From assembly GCF_025526975.1 (NCBI RefSeq), contig NW_026515674.1:806001-870000 (forward strand): a stretch of DNA of 64,000 nucleotides, in the 5' to 3' direction. Positions 60,245-64,000 of the stretch are shown piece by piece. A program made the translations under genes and the position numbers. Position 1 is the stretch's first letter. Each line of letters begins with the position of its first letter. A model generated the notes under the pieces. That model was not told where the DNA came from. It saw nothing but the letters and a program-made list of their open reading frames with translations, and did no database searches. This DNA comes from Fimicolochytrium jonesii (lineage: Eukaryota).

Positions 60245-62753
60245 GTTTGCGACCGGTGTTTTCGAATAATCTGCTCAATGCGTTGGTGGTGGGATATGGC
60301 AGGTTGTAAAGCGAGTCGCTCGCTATTCGTTGGAGAGAGGGAATCGACTGGACAGTTCGCTAAGAGGATATTCTTAACGAGGGAGAGTTGGAAGCGTTCC
60401 GTGGCGTTTGGCTCGGGCGATTGCAGGGTGGACGATGCAGCAGTGTTTGTTTGAGGTTAAGATTGACTTCCCTCTCCGGACAGCGGTGTTGCTTTGAGAA
60501 CTTTCTGAGTTGCTCGCCGGCCTGGAAGGAGTGACTGCTGCAGCACTGCCTACTGCCCTCCCTCAGTGTATATGTATGTATCTCATTCGAGCCTGAGAGC
60601 CCGGTTTTCATTATTTGTTGCGCGAGAGGGTCTTCTGCACGTCTTCTTCTCTTGCACATCCCGATCCTCATAGCTGTCCCAATCGAACAAGCAAGCGAAA
60701 AAAACATAGGACAAGAGAAGCCAGCCCGATCCACAGGCGCACCTGCATGATCTGAACTCGAGATTCATATGGGCCGATTCCGATCGCGATTCTCACAGCG
60801 TCTTATTAAGTCGGTATGTGATCGCCTCTGCCGATCCTCCGCCGATCTTGCGCATGACGTCACCCGACGCGCCCCTTACTTGATATATGTACTGTACTCA
60901 ATCACAACTTTACAAGTGGCTAGCACCTCGCAGATGGGGCATGGGAAAACGCACGCAAGCTGGTTCTCATGTTACGTTCGTTTTGTGAAGCCCTCTAATG
61001 TGTATGTACTGTACAATACATACACTAATGCCGGATTAAAGACGGGAAACGGGCCCTGAGCAGCCGATGGAGCCGTGCAGCTATGGTCACTTTGGTGTCG
61101 TAGGCTAGGAGCAAATGTTACGGAACTGGAGAAAGTTGCTCGATGTACTTGTAACTCACAACGGAGGTGGATGCCTGGTGGCAAATCATATACAGTATAT
61201 ACCGCCGAGCACGAATCCTCCAGTCGTTCAGGCGGCCGCCGAATGATTGGTCTGTACCGCCGCCAACTCGGGCGAATACAGAAAGAGCCGTGTTCGGTGT
61301 GTTTGCCGGGCTCCCTAATTGCGATGCTGGGGTAAAAGAGTGCAGTCTAGTGGGTTTTGCGAACTTTGCCCACCCGATTCCCAAACCCCACTAAACTGCA
61401 TGCGCCCAATGTCAAAAAGATATCAGTGGCGACGACGCGTTCGTTTTTTTCGGACTTTCCGACAACTTGCCCATTGCCAGGATTGAAGATTCCACCATAG
61501 TCAATCCTCAACAGTCCAACCAACTGTAGTAAACCAACCAGCGGCGGACTCCACAAACGCTCGATCAATATCGTTTCCCGGACCCGAGATGCGGACGCAC
61601 GTTCGAAGAAGTGAACATAAGAACGATGATCCCGTCGACGCGAGCTTTCGTTACTAGAATTCGTCAAAAACCGGACATGCAGATGGTATCGCTGGCGGTT
61701 CTGAGGCGTATTCGTCAACGCCATATGTGGAGGACTCCAAGAATGACAAGTCAAGATGGAGTTGGGGAAAACATATTTGAACTTATTAGGGTTCTGATTA
61801 GCGGGGCGTCGTGGCATTTACTTCCGCATCCACTCTGCAATGGCCCACAGGACTGGCAGCCAATTCCGCGCATCCACATCATAAACGAAGTCGATGCTGG
61901 GTGCGCCACGTGAAAGGACTTCGTGTAAAGGAGTCTGCCATCTATCATCGACGTTTAGAGGTATCACCTGCAATAAATCCCGCTAGCTAGCAACATCACC
62001 GACGGTAGCAGCAGTGGCAGCAGCACGCGTAATGCTCCTGCAGAGATGACGGCCTATTGCAACGACCATCCCAATGCGACATGGGAGGACTTCCTCGCTC
62101 ATGTGGATAACAAGCTTGATCCCGAGGAAGAGCGGCGCAAAGGCTAGCTTGAACGCCGGCATGTCGACAGGATCCAAAGCTCGGAGGAGGTATCTACCGC
62201 GTCCGAGCTTTCTTATTGCCGTACCAATCGCTCAAGTTTGCGGTTTGATAGACTCGCATCGACAAGACTGTCGATAGCTTGAGTAACCTCAGCGACGGGT
62301 TCGCCTCCCTAGCGGAAGCCCAGCCTCATCCTTCAAAGGCATTCGTGCCGATTAACGGAGGCCCGAAGCGTAACACGGAAGAGGCTGGTTTGGGAGAGGT
62401 ATGACACTGCGGATCATCTTGTTCGACGCTGCACGGGAATCTGATGTCTCCCCTTCAGACACACCCACTCGAAAACGCAACATGGAGCCAACGAAGCCCC
62501 ATCAAACCCATAGCCATAAGTGCATACGTGCGGGAGAATCCAAACCATAGTTGGGCAGACTCTCTCGCTCACGTCCAACGGGTGGAGGTTGATCTTAACT
62601 CAACGACACCGGGAAAGGACGCAGAAGAAGAAAGCGAAGCGGGGCGTTGATCAAGCGGATTGTGAAAGCCACGGCGGTGAGTTCACCATTCAAGTAGCTT
62701 TGAAGAAGCTGCCAAGTTCGCGGTGCGCGCGAGGTTCCAAGTGGAACCTTGCG

Positions 62754-63097
62754 GGGGAGGACGCGTTCAGCAAGTAAAGTTGGAAGGTGGTCTCTCCTGG
62801 CAGGATCGGTGGAGGCTTAAGTGCACCAGCGGTACCTGTCCAGGCAAGAGTGGGGACATTAGCCCGAAACAGGTGTCTCATATCTGTCCGTTCCCCCAAA
62901 TTCGATGGGATGTGGTGTCCTTCCGGAGGGGTGAACCGATTTGGCAGAACGGCCCGCAGGGGAGGGGAGGACGCGTTCAGCAAGTAGAGTTGGAAGGTGG
63001 CCTCTCCTGGCAGGATCGGTGGAGGCTTAAGTGCACCAGCGGTACCTGTCCAGACAGAGCGAGGACATTAGCCCGAAACAGGTGTCTCGTATCTGTC
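62754..63097 (+). repeat. ~135-bp direct repeat, two copies 210 bp apart (62754-62888, 62964-63097)
   Basis: ggggaggacgcgttcagcaagta...gcccgaaacaggtgtctc(a/g)tatctgtc is duplicated with a few substitutions and a 1-nt indel. Confidence 0.95.
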
Positions 63098-64000
63098 TCT
63101 TAGCCTGTCCCTATGGGCCTTTTCTTTCTGACAATCTTATGTGCTATCTGTCCGTCGAGACCAGCATCTAACATTCTCATCTTCCCTTCTTTGCACGAGC
63201 GAGACCACGTTCATTCAGGCACCTAAGAAGCATAAGGAGAGCATGGAAAAGGTCAGCGGTCCCTTGATTCAAGTGTAGTCATTTTGTCCTTTTGTATCCT
63301 GATACCCCTCCGCATCCATCTCTGTTCCTCTTCCACACCTCCCTGATCCCATTCATACGAATCGCTCATTTCTGTTTACAATATCCATCCTCCTCTAAAA
63401 CCCCCACATTCCATCTCGGCTATCATTCCCAGCGGGCAGGAGGAGACCGCTGATGAGAGATCTTGACCAAGATGGAGAACGCCAAGGCGGAGACCTTGAT
63501 GGCGAACGGGGGTGTTTGTGTCCTTGGCGTCGCGCGGACCACCCGTTTCTCGTAACCAAACCCGTCGAAGAGTGTGGACAGCGTCCTCGTTCATTTCGGC
63601 AGGCGGCAAGTTCGAGCGAAATGATGCAGATTCGTGGGTCCCCTGGATTGAAGAGCGTGAGAAAGGCTACGGAAAATGGGGGGAGACCGCGGGAGAAGCA
63701 TCTCGAATCCGACATGCTGTTCACCTAACCGTGTCGCAAGGTACGTGAAAAGGTTCTCTTACCATGATGTTCCTATGGAGACGGGGGCGGAGCTTGCATC
63801 ATCGCTGTCGCAGCTGACGGGATCCCCCACTACCCGGTGGTGGGCGATTGCGCAAGGGCCTCGGGGAGCCGGGCACCTCACTCCACGGGCCGCGATCGAT
63901 GTATGGGGGGAGGGCCGCAGTATGGCGTACTGCTTCAGTTTCTCTTCGTTTGTTACTGTTTGCGTTTGTATCCCCTGGTCGATTTCGCTAACGAGATACG

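Noticed and set aside
62754..63097. CRISPR repeat pair or LTR pair
   Set aside because: Only two copies of ~135 bp, 75 bp apart, with no TG...CA ends, PBS or internal coding region.

Overview
Eukaryotic genomic DNA with short GT-AG introns. It is most likely from a zoosporic (chytrid-type) fungus, inferred from a flagellar TTC25/ODAD4-like gene found alongside fungal-type WC-1, hybrid histidine kinase, Caf120/Skg3 and Ark1/Prk1 genes. About 17 intact protein-coding genes are recognisable: a Q-rich C-terminal fragment, a Caf120/Skg3-like PH protein, WDR59/Sea3, an F-box protein, a single ADF-H protein, PRA1, a Cys-tail hypothetical protein, a Venus-flytrap multi-TM receptor, an acyltransferase-3, a MICAL-like monooxygenase, a Sel1-repeat protein, a hybrid His kinase, GluRS, an Ark1/Prk1-like kinase, SRR1, TTC25-like and WC-1-like. 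There are also decayed or accessory segments: a frameshifted TET/JBP dioxygenase gene, a Ty3/gypsy remnant, a 1.8 kb block between 71-bp direct repeats, and duplicated repeats. The most notable observations are (1) a stand-alone, intronless MICAL-type monooxygenase; (2) a GluRS that lacks the N-terminal GST domain, is fused to an Arc1p/EMAPII-like tRNA-binding domain, has a possible mitochondrial presequence and sits behind a 10-bp-phased TGACTCA array; (3) a Venus-flytrap domain fused to a ~9-TM membrane domain that does not look like 7tm_3; (4) a TET/JBP gene; and (5) a repeated C-rich/G-rich oscillation of a few hundred bp running through coding and intronic DNA. All family assignments come from motif recognition by eye. 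No database searches were run, and exon boundaries are manual predictions.
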